From Clostridia bacterium (GTDB lineage Bacteria; Bacillota; Clostridia; Christensenellales; DTU072), in NCBI GenBank assembly GCA_017461065.1, contig JAFTZC010000061.1, positions 1 to 61,250 of the forward strand: 61,250 nucleotides of DNA, read 5' to 3'. Positions within the stretch are counted from its first letter, which is position 1, and each line of letters opens with the position of its first letter. Made by a program: the position numbers and the translations under genes. Shown piece after piece: positions 45,697-55,410 of this stretch. The notes beneath the pieces were generated by a model that ran no database searches, was not told the origin of the DNA, and saw only the letters and a program-made list of their open reading frames with translations.

Positions 45697-45942
45697 ATGA
45701 AAGCTAATAAATATTTTGAAATGACAAATGAAGAATTAGTGCTCAAGATTAACGAGCTCAAGACCGAGCTTTTCAATCTTCGCTTCAAGCATGCTACCAA
45801 CCAACTATCTAACCCCATGGTACTCGCTGACTGCAAGAAGGATATAGCAAGAGCTAAAACCGTTCTTCGTCAAAGAGAGCTTGGTATCGTAGCAGAACCC
45901 GTTAAGGCTGCTAAGAAAACCCGCGCAAAGAAGAACGCTTAG
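45697..45942 (+). CDS. rpmC: 50S ribosomal protein L29
   Basis: ATG 45697 (MKANKYFEMTNEEL...) preferred over the track's TTG at 45685. Confidence 0.9.
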   Translation: MKANKYFEMTNEELVLKINELKTELFNLRFKHATNQLSNPMVLADCKKDIARAKTVLRQRELGIVAEPVKAAKKTRAKKNA

Positions 45943-45956
45943 GAGGATAACGTAAA

Positions 45957-46214
45957 ATGGAAGATAGAAATCTTAGAAAAACCAGAGTTGGCGTAGTTAT
46001 TAGCGACAAGATGGACAAAACTTGCGTTATAGCCGTTGAACAAAAGGTAAAACATCCTTTGTATAAAAAGTACATTCTCCGCACCAAGAAGCTCAAGGTT
46101 CACGATGAAAACAACGAGTGTGGTGTAGGCGATAAGATCGAAGTTATGGAAACTCGTCCTCTTTCTAAGGACAAGAATTGGAGACTTCTCAACATCATCG
46201 AGAAGGCTAAGTAG
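45957..46214 (+). CDS. rpsQ: 30S ribosomal protein S17
   Basis: 85 aa; position and sequence. Confidence 0.95.
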   Translation: MEDRNLRKTRVGVVISDKMDKTCVIAVEQKVKHPLYKKYILRTKKLKVHDENNECGVGDKIEVMETRPLSKDKNWRLLNIIEKAK

Positions 46215-46222
46215 GAGGCAAC

Positions 46223-46588
46223 ATGATACAACCTGAATCCAGATTAAAAGTAGCAGATAATAGCGGCGCTAAAGAAATCAAATGCATCCGCGTTATGGGT
46301 GGCTCTTACGTAAGAAGCGGCAACATCGGTGATGTTATCGTAGCATCTGTTAAGACCGCAACCCCCGGTGGCGTTGTTAAAAAAGGCGACGTAGTAAAGG
46401 CTGTTATCGTTCGTACCCACAGTGGTATCAGACGTAAAGACGGCACACACATCAAGTTCGATGATAATGCAGCGGTAATTATTGATAACCAAAATATGCC
46501 CCGCGGCTCACGTATCTTTGGACCTATCGCAAGAGAAATCAGAGAAAACTATGCAAAGATCGTATCTCTTGCACCAGAAGTTCTTTAG
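46223..46588 (+). CDS. rplN: 50S ribosomal protein L14
   Basis: 121 aa; [18 protein letters not shown]-terminus. Confidence 0.97.
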   Translation: MIQPESRLKVADNSGAKEIKCIRVMGGSYVRSGNIGDVIVASVKTATPGGVVKKGDVVKAVIVRTHSGIRRKDGTHIKFDDNAAVIIDNQNMPRGSRIFGPIAREIRENYAKIVSLAPEVL

Positions 46589-46599
46589 GAGGCTAAGAA

Positions 46600-47019
46600 A
46601 TGACTAAATATAGCGTTAAAAAAGACGATTATGTTATGATTATAGCCGGTAAAGACAAGGGTAAGACTGCTCAAGTTACTGCAGTTAACACCGCAAGTCA
46701 CCGTGTACTCGTTGAAGGCGAAGGTCTTGCAACCGTTAACACCAAGGCAGTTAAGGCACGTAAGGCAAACGACCAAGGTGGCTTGGTAAAGCAACCCGGC
46801 AGTGTAGATATCTCTAACGTTATGCCCATCTGTGCAGCTTGCAATAAGCCCACCCGCGTTGGATACCGCATGGAAGACGGCAAGAGAGTTCGTTACTGCA
46901 AGAAGTGTGGTGCTGTTCTTGTAACCAAGAAGGCTCAAAAGGCTAAGAAGACCACCAAGGCTGCAGTTCGTAAGAAAGCTGTTAAAGCTGAAACTACCGA
47001 AACCGTAGCAGCAGAATAA
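46600..47019 (+). CDS. rplX: 50S ribosomal protein L24, Cys4 (CxxC...CxxC) variant with K/A-rich C-terminal extension
   Basis: 139 aa; KOW motif IIAGKDKGK; CAAC and CKKC 18 residues apart; ~35 extra C-terminal residues. Confidence 0.93.
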   Translation: MTKYSVKKDDYVMIIAGKDKGKTAQVTAVNTASHRVLVEGEGLATVNTKAVKARKANDQGGLVKQPGSVDISNVMPICAACNKPTRVGYRMEDGKRVRYCKKCGAVLVTKKAQKAKKTTKAAVRKKAVKAETTETVAAE

Positions 47020-47035
47020 TAGGAGGCAATTTTAG

Positions 47036-47614
47036 ATGGCTAAGAAAGTTGAAAATACTGCTGCAGTTAAGGAAACCAGCAGACTACAAATCAAGTACAA
47101 AGAAGAAGTTGTTCCTGCACTTATGAAGACCTTTGGTTACAGCACCGTAATGCAAGTACCAAAGCTCGATAAGATCGTTTTGAACATGCGCTTCGGCGAC
47201 ATCAAGGACAACTCAAAGAGCATGCAACTCGCAACCGCAGAACTCGAAAAGATCGCAGGTCAAAAGGCAGTTGCTACCATGGCTAAGAAGTCCGTTGCTA
47301 ACTTCAAAGTTAGAGAAGGTCAACAAGTTGGCGTTATGGTAACCCTACGTAGAGATAAGATGTGGAACTTCCTCGACAAGCTCATCTCTATCGCACTTCC
47401 CCGTGTTCGTGACTTTAAGGGCGTAAGCGATAAGTCATTTGACGGCAGAGGTAACTACACCCTCGGCATCAAAGAACAACTTATCTTCCCTGAAATCGCA
47501 TACGATCAAATCGAGAAGGTTAGAGGTTTTGACTGCTGTGTTACCACCACCGCTAACACTGACGAAGAGGCTAAGGAACTCCTAAGACTCCTCGGCGTAC
47601 CTTTCGTAAAGTAG
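47036..47614 (+). CDS. rplE: 50S ribosomal protein L5
   Basis: 192 aa; position and sequence. Confidence 0.95.
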   Translation: MAKKVENTAAVKETSRLQIKYKEEVVPALMKTFGYSTVMQVPKLDKIVLNMRFGDIKDNSKSMQLATAELEKIAGQKAVATMAKKSVANFKVREGQQVGVMVTLRRDKMWNFLDKLISIALPRVRDFKGVSDKSFDGRGNYTLGIKEQLIFPEIAYDQIEKVRGFDCCVTTTANTDEEAKELLRLLGVPFVK

Positions 47615-47627
47615 GAGGATCATTACT

Positions 47628-47813
47628 ATGGCAAAGAAATCAATGATCAATAAACAACAAAAAAAGCAAAAGTATTCAACCCGTGAATACACCCGTTGCT
47701 CAATTTGCGGCAGACCTCACGCAGTTCTTCGCAAGTACGGCATCTGCAGAATTTGCTTCAGAGAACTTGCATACAAGGGTGAAATCCCCGGTGTTCGCAA
47801 GGCAAGCTGGTAG
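47628..47813 (+). CDS. rpsN: 30S ribosomal protein S14, type Z (zinc-binding)
   Basis: 61 aa; CSICG...CRIC. Confidence 0.95.
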   Translation: MAKKSMINKQQKKQKYSTREYTRCSICGRPHAVLRKYGICRICFRELAYKGEIPGVRKASW

Positions 47814-47825
47814 GAGGATATAAAT

Positions 47826-48230
47826 ATGACAATGACAGATCCAATTGCTGATATGCTTACTCGCATTCGTAACGCTTTGACCGCTAAGAAAGACAGTGTT
47901 GACATTCCACACTCAAAGATCAAAGCAGCGATCGCAGATATTTTGGTAGAAGAAGGTTACATCAAGAGCGCATCTATCGTTAAGGTAGAAGGTCAAGTTC
48001 AAGACGTTATCCACATCGAACTCAAGTACACCGCTAACAAGGAAAAGGTTATCAACGGTCTCAAGAAGATCTCTAAGCCCGGTCTCCGCGTTTATGCTAA
48101 GAGCGACGCTCTACCCAAGGTACTTGGTGGCCTCGGTATCGCTATCATCTCCACCTCTAAGGGTGTTATGACCGATAAGAAGGCTCGCGCTATTAGCGCA
48201 GGTGGCGAAGTTCTCGCTTACGTTTGGTAG
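47826..48230 (+). CDS. rpsH: 30S ribosomal protein S8
   Basis: 134 aa; [13 protein letters not shown]. Confidence 0.96.
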   Translation: MTMTDPIADMLTRIRNALTAKKDSVDIPHSKIKAAIADILVEEGYIKSASIVKVEGQVQDVIHIELKYTANKEKVINGLKKISKPGLRVYAKSDALPKVLGGLGIAIISTSKGVMTDKKARAISAGGEVLAYVW

Positions 48231-48242
48231 GAGGTTTATATT

Positions 48243-48785
48243 ATGTCAAGAATTGGTAGAAACCCCATCAAAGTTCCTGCATCAGTTAAGGTTAGCTATG
48301 CTGACGGTATCGTAACCGTTAGCGGCCCCCTTGGAACTCTTACCCAAGCTATCGAAAACAACAAGATCAACGTTAATATCGAAGGCGACGTAGTAACCGT
48401 TTCACGCGTATCCGAAGCTAAGGAAGTTAGAGCAGCTCACGGTCTATACCGCGCTCTTATCCAAAACATGGTTATCGGCGTAGAAAAGGGCTACTCAAAG
48501 AACCTCGTTATCAGTGGCGTAGGCTGGAAGGCTGTTGCTCAAGGTAACAAAGTTGTTCTTTCACTCGGCTTCAGCCACACTATCGACGTAGTACCTACCG
48601 ACGATATCAAAGTTGAAGTTGTTTCCCCCACCGAACTTTGCATCAAGGGTATCGACAAGGTTAAGGTTGGTCAATTCGCAGCTGACATCAAGTCACTACG
48701 TAAGCCCGAACCATACCATGGCTACGGTATCCGTTATAAGGATGAAACCATCCTCCGCAAGGAAGGCAAGACCGCAGGTAAATAA
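48243..48785 (+). CDS. rplF: 50S ribosomal protein L6
   Basis: 180 aa; MSRIGRNPI N-terminus. Confidence 0.96.
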   Translation: MSRIGRNPIKVPASVKVSYADGIVTVSGPLGTLTQAIENNKINVNIEGDVVTVSRVSEAKEVRAAHGLYRALIQNMVIGVEKGYSKNLVISGVGWKAVAQGNKVVLSLGFSHTIDVVPTDDIKVEVVSPTELCIKGIDKVKVGQFAADIKSLRKPEPYHGYGIRYKDETILRKEGKTAGK

Positions 48786-48798
48786 AGGAGCTTAAAGT

Positions 48799-49167
48799 AT
48801 GTTAAAGAAAGCTAATAAGAATAAAATCAGACAAAAAAGACACGCTCGTCTCCGCAATACCCTTAAGGGTACTGCAGAGATGCCCCGTCTTTGCGTAACC
48901 AGATCAACCGTTAACATCTATGCTCAAATCATCGATGATACTAAAGGCGTTACCCTTTGTGCTGCTAACACCCTACAAGCTGACATCAAGGCTATGGTAG
49001 AAGGCAAGACCAAGGTTGAAGCTGCAAAAATCGTTGGTGTTGAACTAGGTAAGAAAGCTATCGAAGCAGGCGTTAAGACCGTTGTTTTCGATAGAGGCGG
49101 ATATATCTATACCGGTCGCGTAGCAGCTCTCGCTGATGGCGCAAGAGAAGCTGGACTTGACTTTTAG
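48799..49167 (+). CDS. rplR: 50S ribosomal protein L18
   Basis: 122 aa; position and sequence. Confidence 0.95.
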   Translation: MLKKANKNKIRQKRHARLRNTLKGTAEMPRLCVTRSTVNIYAQIIDDTKGVTLCAANTLQADIKAMVEGKTKVEAAKIVGVELGKKAIEAGVKTVVFDRGGYIYTGRVAALADGAREAGLDF

Positions 49168-49179
49168 GAGAATAGAATT

Positions 49180-49695
49180 ATGGCAAGAAATGACAGAGAA
49201 AGATTCAATAGAGAACCCAAAGACGATATCATCAAGAAGACTATTGATCTACGTCGCGTAACCAAGGTTGTTAAGGGTGGTAGAACCATGCGTTTTAGCG
49301 CTCTCGTAGTTTGCGGCGACGGTAAGGGTAGAGTAGGTATCGGTATGGGCAAGGCAGCAGAAGTTCCAGAAGCAATCGAAAAGGCTAACAAGGCAGCTGT
49401 TAAGAGCATGTTCAGCATTTCAACTTCCGGCAGAACCATCCCCCACACCGTTATCGGTGAATTCGGCAGAGGCAAAGTTCTTATGATGCCCGCTCCCGAA
49501 GGTACCGGTGTTATCGCAGGTGGCGCAGTTCGTCAAGTACTCGAAGTTAGTGGTATCGCTAACATCCGTACCAAGTGCATCGGCACCAACAACAAGATCA
49601 ACAGCGTTAAGGCAACTATCGCTGGCTTGAAGGCTCTTAAGACCGCTGAAGAGTTCGCAGCTCTCCGTGGCAAGACCGTTGAAGAAATTCTATAG
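49180..49695 (+). CDS. rpsE: 30S ribosomal protein S5
   Basis: 171 aa; [10 protein letters not shown] motif. Confidence 0.96.
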   Translation: MARNDRERFNREPKDDIIKKTIDLRRVTKVVKGGRTMRFSALVVCGDGKGRVGIGMGKAAEVPEAIEKANKAAVKSMFSISTSGRTIPHTVIGEFGRGKVLMMPAPEGTGVIAGGAVRQVLEVSGIANIRTKCIGTNNKINSVKATIAGLKALKTAEEFAALRGKTVEEIL

Positions 49696-49705
49696 GAGGT
49701 TAACT

Positions 49706-49888
49706 ATGGCACAAATTAAAGTTACTCTTGTAAAAAGCACCATCGGTTGTCTTGAAAACCAAAAGGCAAACGTAAAAGCTCTCGGTCTTAACAAAATCGG
49801 AGCTTCCAAAATCCATGAAGACAATCCCGTTATCCGCGGTATGATATTCAAAGTATCACACCTCGTTCGCGTGGAAGAAGTTAAATAG
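49706..49888 (+). CDS. rpmD: 50S ribosomal protein L30
   Basis: 60 aa from ATG 49706 ([11 protein letters not shown]...); track start 49667 overlaps rpsE and is rejected. Confidence 0.93.
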   Translation: MAQIKVTLVKSTIGCLENQKANVKALGLNKIGASKIHEDNPVIRGMIFKVSHLVRVEEVK

Positions 49889-49902
49889 GAGGACTAATAG
49901 AT

Positions 49903-50346
49903 ATGAAACTTCATAATTTATCTCCCGCAGAAGGCGCAGTTACTCCCGCAAAGAGACTTGGTAGAGGTATTGGCTCCGGTCTTGGCAAAACCAGCGGTAA
50001 GGGACACAAAGGTCAATGGGCAAGAAGTGGCGGTGGCGTACGTCCCGGCTTCGAAGGCGGTCAAATGCCTATCACCCGTAGAATTCCTAAGAGGGGATTC
50101 AAAAATCACTTCACTGCAGAGTATACAACTGTTAACGTAGGCGCTCTCGATAACTTTGCAGAAGGCACTGTTATTACTGCAGAACTCCTACAAAATGCAG
50201 GTATCATCGGCAAGATCATGCCCTACGGTTTGAAAGTTTTAGGTGATGGCGAACTTACCAAGAATCTAACCGTTCAAGCAAATAAATTCACCAAGTCTGC
50301 TCAAGAAAAGATCGAAAAAGCAGGCGGTAAGGCAGAGGTTCTATAA
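49903..50346 (+). CDS. rplO: 50S ribosomal protein L15
   Basis: 147 aa; position and sequence. Confidence 0.95.
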   Translation: MKLHNLSPAEGAVTPAKRLGRGIGSGLGKTSGKGHKGQWARSGGGVRPGFEGGQMPITRRIPKRGFKNHFTAEYTTVNVGALDNFAEGTVITAELLQNAGIIGKIMPYGLKVLGDGELTKNLTVQANKFTKSAQEKIEKAGGKAEVL

Positions 50347-51674
50347 TGTTCCAAACATTTAAGAATGCATTCAAGACCCCAGAGATTTGCAAGAAGATCC
50401 TTATCACGCTTGCACTTCTCTTGGTGTACAGAGTGGGTTGCTTCGTGCCAATCCCCGGTCTTGATTCTGCTTCTATATTTGCAGGTTATGCACAAACGGA
50501 CTTCACCTTGATGCTTTCAGCCATCACGGGTAGTGCATTTACCTATGGCACTATCTTTGCACTTGGTATTGTTCCATTCATCAACAGCTTCATCATTATG
50601 CAACTGTTGACACTCATCATTCCTAAGCTCGAAAAGCTCAGCAAGGAAGGCGAAGACGGCAGAAAGAAGATTACTCAATATACCCGTTACGTTGCTATCA
50701 TCCTTGCAGTTATCCAAGCTATCGGCGTTATGTTTGCTTGGCAAGACAGCATTATCCCCGTATTTACCGGCGATATCACTAACCAAGTTGACAAAATCTT
50801 CACCATGATCTTCATCGTTATCATTCTCGTTGGTGGTTCAACCCTCGTAATGTGGCTCGGTGAAAGAATCACTGAATACGGCATCGGTAATGGTACTTCA
50901 CTCATTATCTTTATCGGTATCGTATCATCTCTTGGCACTGCTATTTGGAATTCTGTTGCAATCATTATTCCTGCAGAAGTTAAGAATGGTGAAACCACAA
51001 GTATTTGGTTCCTTTTGGGATTCTTGCTTATGGTTGCTATCTTGTTCTTCGTTATCGTATTTATGGATATGGCAGAACGTAAGATCAAGGTTCAATACGC
51101 AAAGCAAATCAAAGGTAACAAGATGTACGGTGGCCAATCTACCCACATTCCAATCAAGGTTACGTCAGGTGGCGTTATGCCAATCATCTTTGCTTCATCC
51201 TTGATTATGTTCCCACAAATGATCATCCAATTCGGTGGTTGGGAATCAACTAAGTTTGGTCTATTCTGGGCAGAATGGTTTGGTACTAATGGTAATCTAT
51301 ATGCTCCCATTATGTTCCTACTCATCATCTTCTTTGGTTTCTTCTACGCTCAAATCCAATTTAACCCCGATGACGTTGCACGTATGCTACAACAAAACGG
51401 TGGTTTCGTTCAAGGCGTAAGACCCGGTAAGGCTACCAGCGACTACCTAAGAAAGATCAACAACAGATTGACGCTATTCGGATCATTGTTCCTTGCAGTA
51501 ATAGCTCTCATTCCTACCTTGATCCTTCAACAAGTTGATGGATTCGCAAATCTCGGACTTGGTAACGCATTCAGTGCAACCGGTTTGATGATCGTAGTTT
51601 CCACCGCACTCGAGTTCCAAAAACAACTCGAAAGTCAGTTGCTCGTAAAGAACAACAAGGGATTCTTGAAATAA
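50346..51674 (+). CDS. secY: preprotein translocase subunit SecY
   Basis: 442 aa, 10 TM helices, conserved position. Confidence 0.96.
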   Translation: MFQTFKNAFKTPEICKKILITLALLLVYRVGCFVPIPGLDSASIFAGYAQTDFTLMLSAITGSAFTYGTIFALGIVPFINSFIIMQLLTLIIPKLEKLSKEGEDGRKKITQYTRYVAIILAVIQAIGVMFAWQDSIIPVFTGDITNQVDKIFTMIFIVIILVGGSTLVMWLGERITEYGIGNGTSLIIFIGIVSSLGTAIWNSVAIIIPAEVKNGETTSIWFLLGFLLMVAILFFVIVFMDMAERKIKVQYAKQIKGNKMYGGQSTHIPIKVTSGGVMPIIFASSLIMFPQMIIQFGGWESTKFGLFWAEWFGTNGNLYAPIMFLLIIFFGFFYAQIQFNPDDVARMLQQNGGFVQGVRPGKATSDYLRKINNRLTLFGSLFLAVIALIPTLILQQVDGFANLGLGNAFSATGLMIVVSTALEFQKQLESQLLVKNNKGFLK

Positions 51675-51675
51675 A

Positions 51676-52290
51676 ATGAATATCATATTATTAGGTGCGC
51701 CGGGTGCAGGTAAAGGCTCACAGGCAACTAAGCTCAAAGAATACTACGCTATCCCCCATATTTCAACGGGCGACGCGTTCCGTTCAAACATTGCAAGAGG
51801 TACCGAAATCGGTGTCTATGCAAAGAGCTTCATTGACAAAGGTCAACTTGTACCTGACGACGTAACCGTAAAAATCGTTGAGGAAAGACTATCACACGAC
51901 GATTGCCAAAACGGCTTTTTACTTGATGGCTTTCCTCGCAGTATCCCACAAGCCGAAGCTCTTGAAAAGATTGCTTCCATCGATTACGTAATCAACTTCG
52001 TAATCGACACCGAAAAGCTCGTTGCAAGACTTGGCGGAAGACGCACTTGCGCTTGTGGTGAAACCTATCACGTATCCACTCATCCCGGCAAGTTCTGTGA
52101 TAAGTGCGGAAAGGAACTTTATATTCGTCAAGACGATAATGAAGAAACCATCCGTCAAAGAATGGCCGTGTATGAAAAGACCACCGCTCCACTCGTAGGA
52201 TTCTACAAGGAAAGGGGATTACTCGTTGACGTGGATGCAAACTGTACCATAGAAGAAACCTTCCAAAAAATCATTGAGCTTGTAAAATAG
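51676..52290 (+). CDS. adk: adenylate kinase
   Basis: 204 aa; P-loop GAPGAGKGS; Cys-containing lid (CAC...CDKC). Confidence 0.96.
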   Translation: MNIILLGAPGAGKGSQATKLKEYYAIPHISTGDAFRSNIARGTEIGVYAKSFIDKGQLVPDDVTVKIVEERLSHDDCQNGFLLDGFPRSIPQAEALEKIASIDYVINFVIDTEKLVARLGGRRTCACGETYHVSTHPGKFCDKCGKELYIRQDDNEETIRQRMAVYEKTTAPLVGFYKERGLLVDVDANCTIEETFQKIIELVK

Positions 52291-52291
52291 T

Positions 52292-53038
52292 ATGGTCATA
52301 ATCAAAAGTGAAACCGAAATAGGATATATGAGAAAGGCTGGCGCGATACTACGCGACGTGCTTGAACTCGTATCCGAAAACGCAAAGCCAGGCGTTACCA
52401 CGAGAAGACTGGACGCAATTGCATACGATTATATCAAAAAGCAAGGCGCAGTACCGAGCTTCTTGGGCTACGGTGGCTTCCCCGGAACTCTTTGCACATC
52501 TATCGACGAAGAAATCGTTCACGGTATCCCCGGAAATAGAGTGCTTGAAGAAGGTATGCTGCTAAAGCTTGACGGTGGCGTAGGCATAAACGGTTTCCAC
52601 ACTGACGCTGCTCGTACCGTTATAATCGGCTCAACCACCCCCGAAAAGGCAAAGCTCGCAGAAGTTTGCAAGGAATGCTTTTTCGAAGGCGTAAAGATTT
52701 TGAAAGAGGGCGTAAGACTTGGGGACTTAGGCGCAGTAATAAGCGCCCACGCCGAAAAGCACGGCTACGGAGTAGTCAGAGAGCTCGTAGGTCACGGAAT
52801 AGGTAGGACCGTCCACGAAGACCCCAACGTCCCAAACTATGGTATACCCGGTAGGGGAATGCGACTCCAAAGCGGAATGACGCTTGCAATCGAGCCTATG
52901 ATTAACTTAGGCACCCGTAAGATAAGACAATTCGAAGGGGACGATTGGACCATTGCAACGCTTGACGGAAAGGCATCTGCCCACTACGAAAACACGGTTG
53001 TAATACGCCCGGACGGCGTGGAGATACTGACACTTTAA
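52292..53038 (+). CDS. map: type I methionine aminopeptidase
   Basis: 248 aa; conserved metal-ligand context (VHGIP, DGG, HGIG, LAIEP, EN). Confidence 0.95.
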   Translation: MVIIKSETEIGYMRKAGAILRDVLELVSENAKPGVTTRRLDAIAYDYIKKQGAVPSFLGYGGFPGTLCTSIDEEIVHGIPGNRVLEEGMLLKLDGGVGINGFHTDAARTVIIGSTTPEKAKLAEVCKECFFEGVKILKEGVRLGDLGAVISAHAEKHGYGVVRELVGHGIGRTVHEDPNVPNYGIPGRGMRLQSGMTLAIEPMINLGTRKIRQFEGDDWTIATLDGKASAHYENTVVIRPDGVEILTL

Positions 53039-53052
53039 TACGGAGTAAAAGT

Positions 53053-53325
53053 ATGAAAGAGATTAAAGTAGGTTCGGTGGTGTTCTCCAAAGCTGGCAGA
53101 GACCAAGGCAGTTTTTACGTAGTAACCGAAATAGTTGACGAAAACTACGTTAAGATAGCCGACGGCGACCTACGCAGAGTAGACACCCCAAAACTTAAAA
53201 AAATCAAGCACCTCAAAACCGAAGGCGAAGTAATCGAAAAGCTCGCAGAGAAGTTTGAGGAGGGCAAAAAAGTTTTCGATGCCGAAGTAAAGAGTGCATT
53301 GCGCTCGTATAACGGCTCGCTATAA
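53053..53325 (+). CDS. KOW-domain RNA-binding protein (the map-infA spacer gene common in Clostridia)
   Basis: 90 aa; KOW-like VGSVVFSKAGRDQGSFYVV. Confidence 0.75.
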   Translation: MKEIKVGSVVFSKAGRDQGSFYVVTEIVDENYVKIADGDLRRVDTPKLKKIKHLKTEGEVIEKLAEKFEEGKKVFDAEVKSALRSYNGSL

Positions 53326-53346
53326 AAAATTAAGAAGGAGTACAAT

Positions 53347-53568
53347 ATGTCCAAAGACGATACCATAGAAGTAGAAGGCACCGTTGTTGAAGTGTTGCCC
53401 GGAACTAATTTCAAAGTAAAGTTAACAAACGGACACGTTATCACCGCATACCTTGCAGGTAAGATGAGAGTTAATAACATCAAGGTTTACGTTGGCGATA
53501 ACGTAAAAGTAGCAATGAGCCCCTACGACCTTATGAGAGGACGTATAGTATATCGTAGTAAAAACTAA
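53347..53568 (+). CDS. infA: translation initiation factor IF-1
   Basis: 73 aa; S1-like fold sequence [20 protein letters not shown]. Confidence 0.96.
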   Translation: MSKDDTIEVEGTVVEVLPGTNFKVKLTNGHVITAYLAGKMRVNNIKVYVGDNVKVAMSPYDLMRGRIVYRSKN

Positions 53569-53586
53569 TAAATAGGAGATACAACA

Positions 53587-53703
53587 ATGAAAGTAAGACC
53601 TTCCGTTAAGCCTATGTGCGACAAGTGCAAGATCATCAAAAGACATGGCAAGGTTATGGTAATTTGCCCCAAGAACCCCAGCCACAAGCAAACTCAAGGC
53701 TAA
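53587..53703 (+). CDS. rpmJ: 50S ribosomal protein L36 (zinc-binding form); not in the ORF track
   Basis: Hand translation: [38 protein letters not shown], stop TAA 53701-53703; GGAG SD at 53575-53578. Confidence 0.92.
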   Translation: MKVRPSVKPMCDKCKIIKRHGKVMVICPKNPSHKQTQG

Positions 53704-53782
53704 AAAATCCTTTACAAAGGCAACAATACCTTTAGAGTTGATTAAAAATTACAAAAAATGGCAACTTTTATGCGTAAAACAT

Positions 53783-53812
53783 TTGCGCATAAAGGTTGTC
53801 TTATGTTAAAAT
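53783..53812 (+). promoter_or_regulatory. candidate internal promoter for the alpha operon (TTGCGC-18-TAAAAT with TGn)
   Basis: Read directly in the 268-nt rpmJ-rpsM spacer. Confidence 0.35.
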
Positions 53813-53971
53813 TATACGGTCCGCGGGTGTATGCCTGCGCATTACTATGTAATGAAAACAATTGTCGACTGGGGCGGCTGAACCGCAACAGCATTCTACA
53901 AGCGGTTTACTCGGTCGATTGGATATAGATACACAACAAAAAAAACAGTAGAAAATTTTGGAGGTTACTAA

Positions 53972-54343
53972 ATGGCTCGTATATCAGGTGTAGATTTACC
54001 CCGTGAAAAAAGAGTTGAAATAGGTCTTACCTACATTTACGGTATCGGACTTACCACTTCTAAGAAGTTGCTTGCTGACACTGGCATCAACCCCGACACC
54101 CGCGTTAAAGACCTTACTGAAGATCAAATTATTAAGATCCGTGACTATATCGAAAATAACCTTGTTGTAGAAGGTGATTTGAGAAGAGACACCATGCTAG
54201 ATATCAAGCGTCTTATGGAAATCGGTTGCTACCGTGGCGTAAGACACAGAAAGGGACTTCCCGTTCGTGGACAAAGAACCAAGCAAAACGCACGTACCCG
54301 TAAGGGCAAGAAGCGTACCGTTGGTCGCGTAAAGAAGAAATAG
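53972..54343 (+). CDS. rpsM: 30S ribosomal protein S13
   Basis: 123 aa; [11 protein letters not shown]-terminus. Confidence 0.96.
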   Translation: MARISGVDLPREKRVEIGLTYIYGIGLTTSKKLLADTGINPDTRVKDLTEDQIIKIRDYIENNLVVEGDLRRDTMLDIKRLMEIGCYRGVRHRKGLPVRGQRTKQNARTRKGKKRTVGRVKKK

Positions 54344-54355
54344 GAGGCTTGAACA

Positions 54356-54748
54356 ATGGCAGTTAGAAGAAGTCAAATTAAGAGAAGAAAGGACTTAAAG
54401 AAGATTGAAAAAGGCCAAGTACACATCCACGCCTCTTTCAATAACACTATCGTTACCTTTACAGATATGGACGGAAACACCATCAGCTGGTCATCAGCTG
54501 GTAAGCTCGGCCTCAAGGGCAGCCGTAAGTCAACTCCTTATGCAGCACAACTCGTAGCAGAAGATGCTGCTAAGTCAGCTAAGGAAAACGGCATCCGCAA
54601 GGTTGAAGTTTACGTAAAAGGACCCGGACAAGGCAGAGAATCTGCTATCCGCGCAATGGCAGTTGCAGACATCGAGGTTACCAAGATACAAGACGTATCT
54701 CCCATCCCTCACAACGGCTGCAGACCCCCCAAGCGCAGAAGACTGTAA
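54356..54748 (+). CDS. rpsK: 30S ribosomal protein S11
   Basis: 130 aa; position and sequence. Confidence 0.96.
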   Translation: MAVRRSQIKRRKDLKKIEKGQVHIHASFNNTIVTFTDMDGNTISWSSAGKLGLKGSRKSTPYAAQLVAEDAAKSAKENGIRKVEVYVKGPGQGRESAIRAMAVADIEVTKIQDVSPIPHNGCRPPKRRRL

Positions 54749-54765
54749 TTTAGGAGGATACGAAT

Positions 54766-55389
54766 ATGGCAAGATATACAGGACCCGTATGCAAGCTTTG
54801 CAGACGTGAAGGTTGCAAATTATTCCTTAAAGGCGAAAGATGTCTTAGCGCTAACTGCGCTCTTGACAAGCGCCCCGTAGCTCCCGGACAACACGGTGCA
54901 GCTCGTAAAAAACAAACTGCTTATAGCGTTCAATTGCGCGAAAAGCAAAAGGCTAAGAGATCATATGGTCTTCTCGAAAAGCAATTCCATATGTATTATG
55001 AAATGGCAGCTAATATGCGCGGCGTAACCGGCGAAAACATGCTCGTTCTTATCGAAAGAAGACTTGATAACGTTGTTTATCGTATGTGCATCGGCTCATC
55101 AAGAGCTCAATCCAGACAACTTGTTGCTCACGGTCACATCACCGTAAACGGCAAGACCGTTGATATTCCTTCATACCTCGTAAAGGAAGGCGACGTAATC
55201 GCTGTTAAGGAAAGCAAGAAAGAAAAGCCCTTCTTCGTAGAACTCAAGGGCGCTAAGATCGCTAACCTTCCCAAGTGGGTTTCATTCGATACCGAAACCC
55301 TTACCGGTAAGGTAGAAGCTATGCCTACTCGCGAAGACGTTGATCTATCAATCGCAGAGCATATGATCGTTGAATTGTACTCTAAATAA
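54766..55389 (+). CDS. rpsD: 30S ribosomal protein S4
   Basis: 207 aa; [17 protein letters not shown]-terminus. Confidence 0.96.
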   Translation: MARYTGPVCKLCRREGCKLFLKGERCLSANCALDKRPVAPGQHGAARKKQTAYSVQLREKQKAKRSYGLLEKQFHMYYEMAANMRGVTGENMLVLIERRLDNVVYRMCIGSSRAQSRQLVAHGHITVNGKTVDIPSYLVKEGDVIAVKESKKEKPFFVELKGAKIANLPKWVSFDTETLTGKVEAMPTREDVDLSIAEHMIVELYSK

Positions 55390-55410
55390 TCCGGATAGGA
55401 GGAACAGTAT

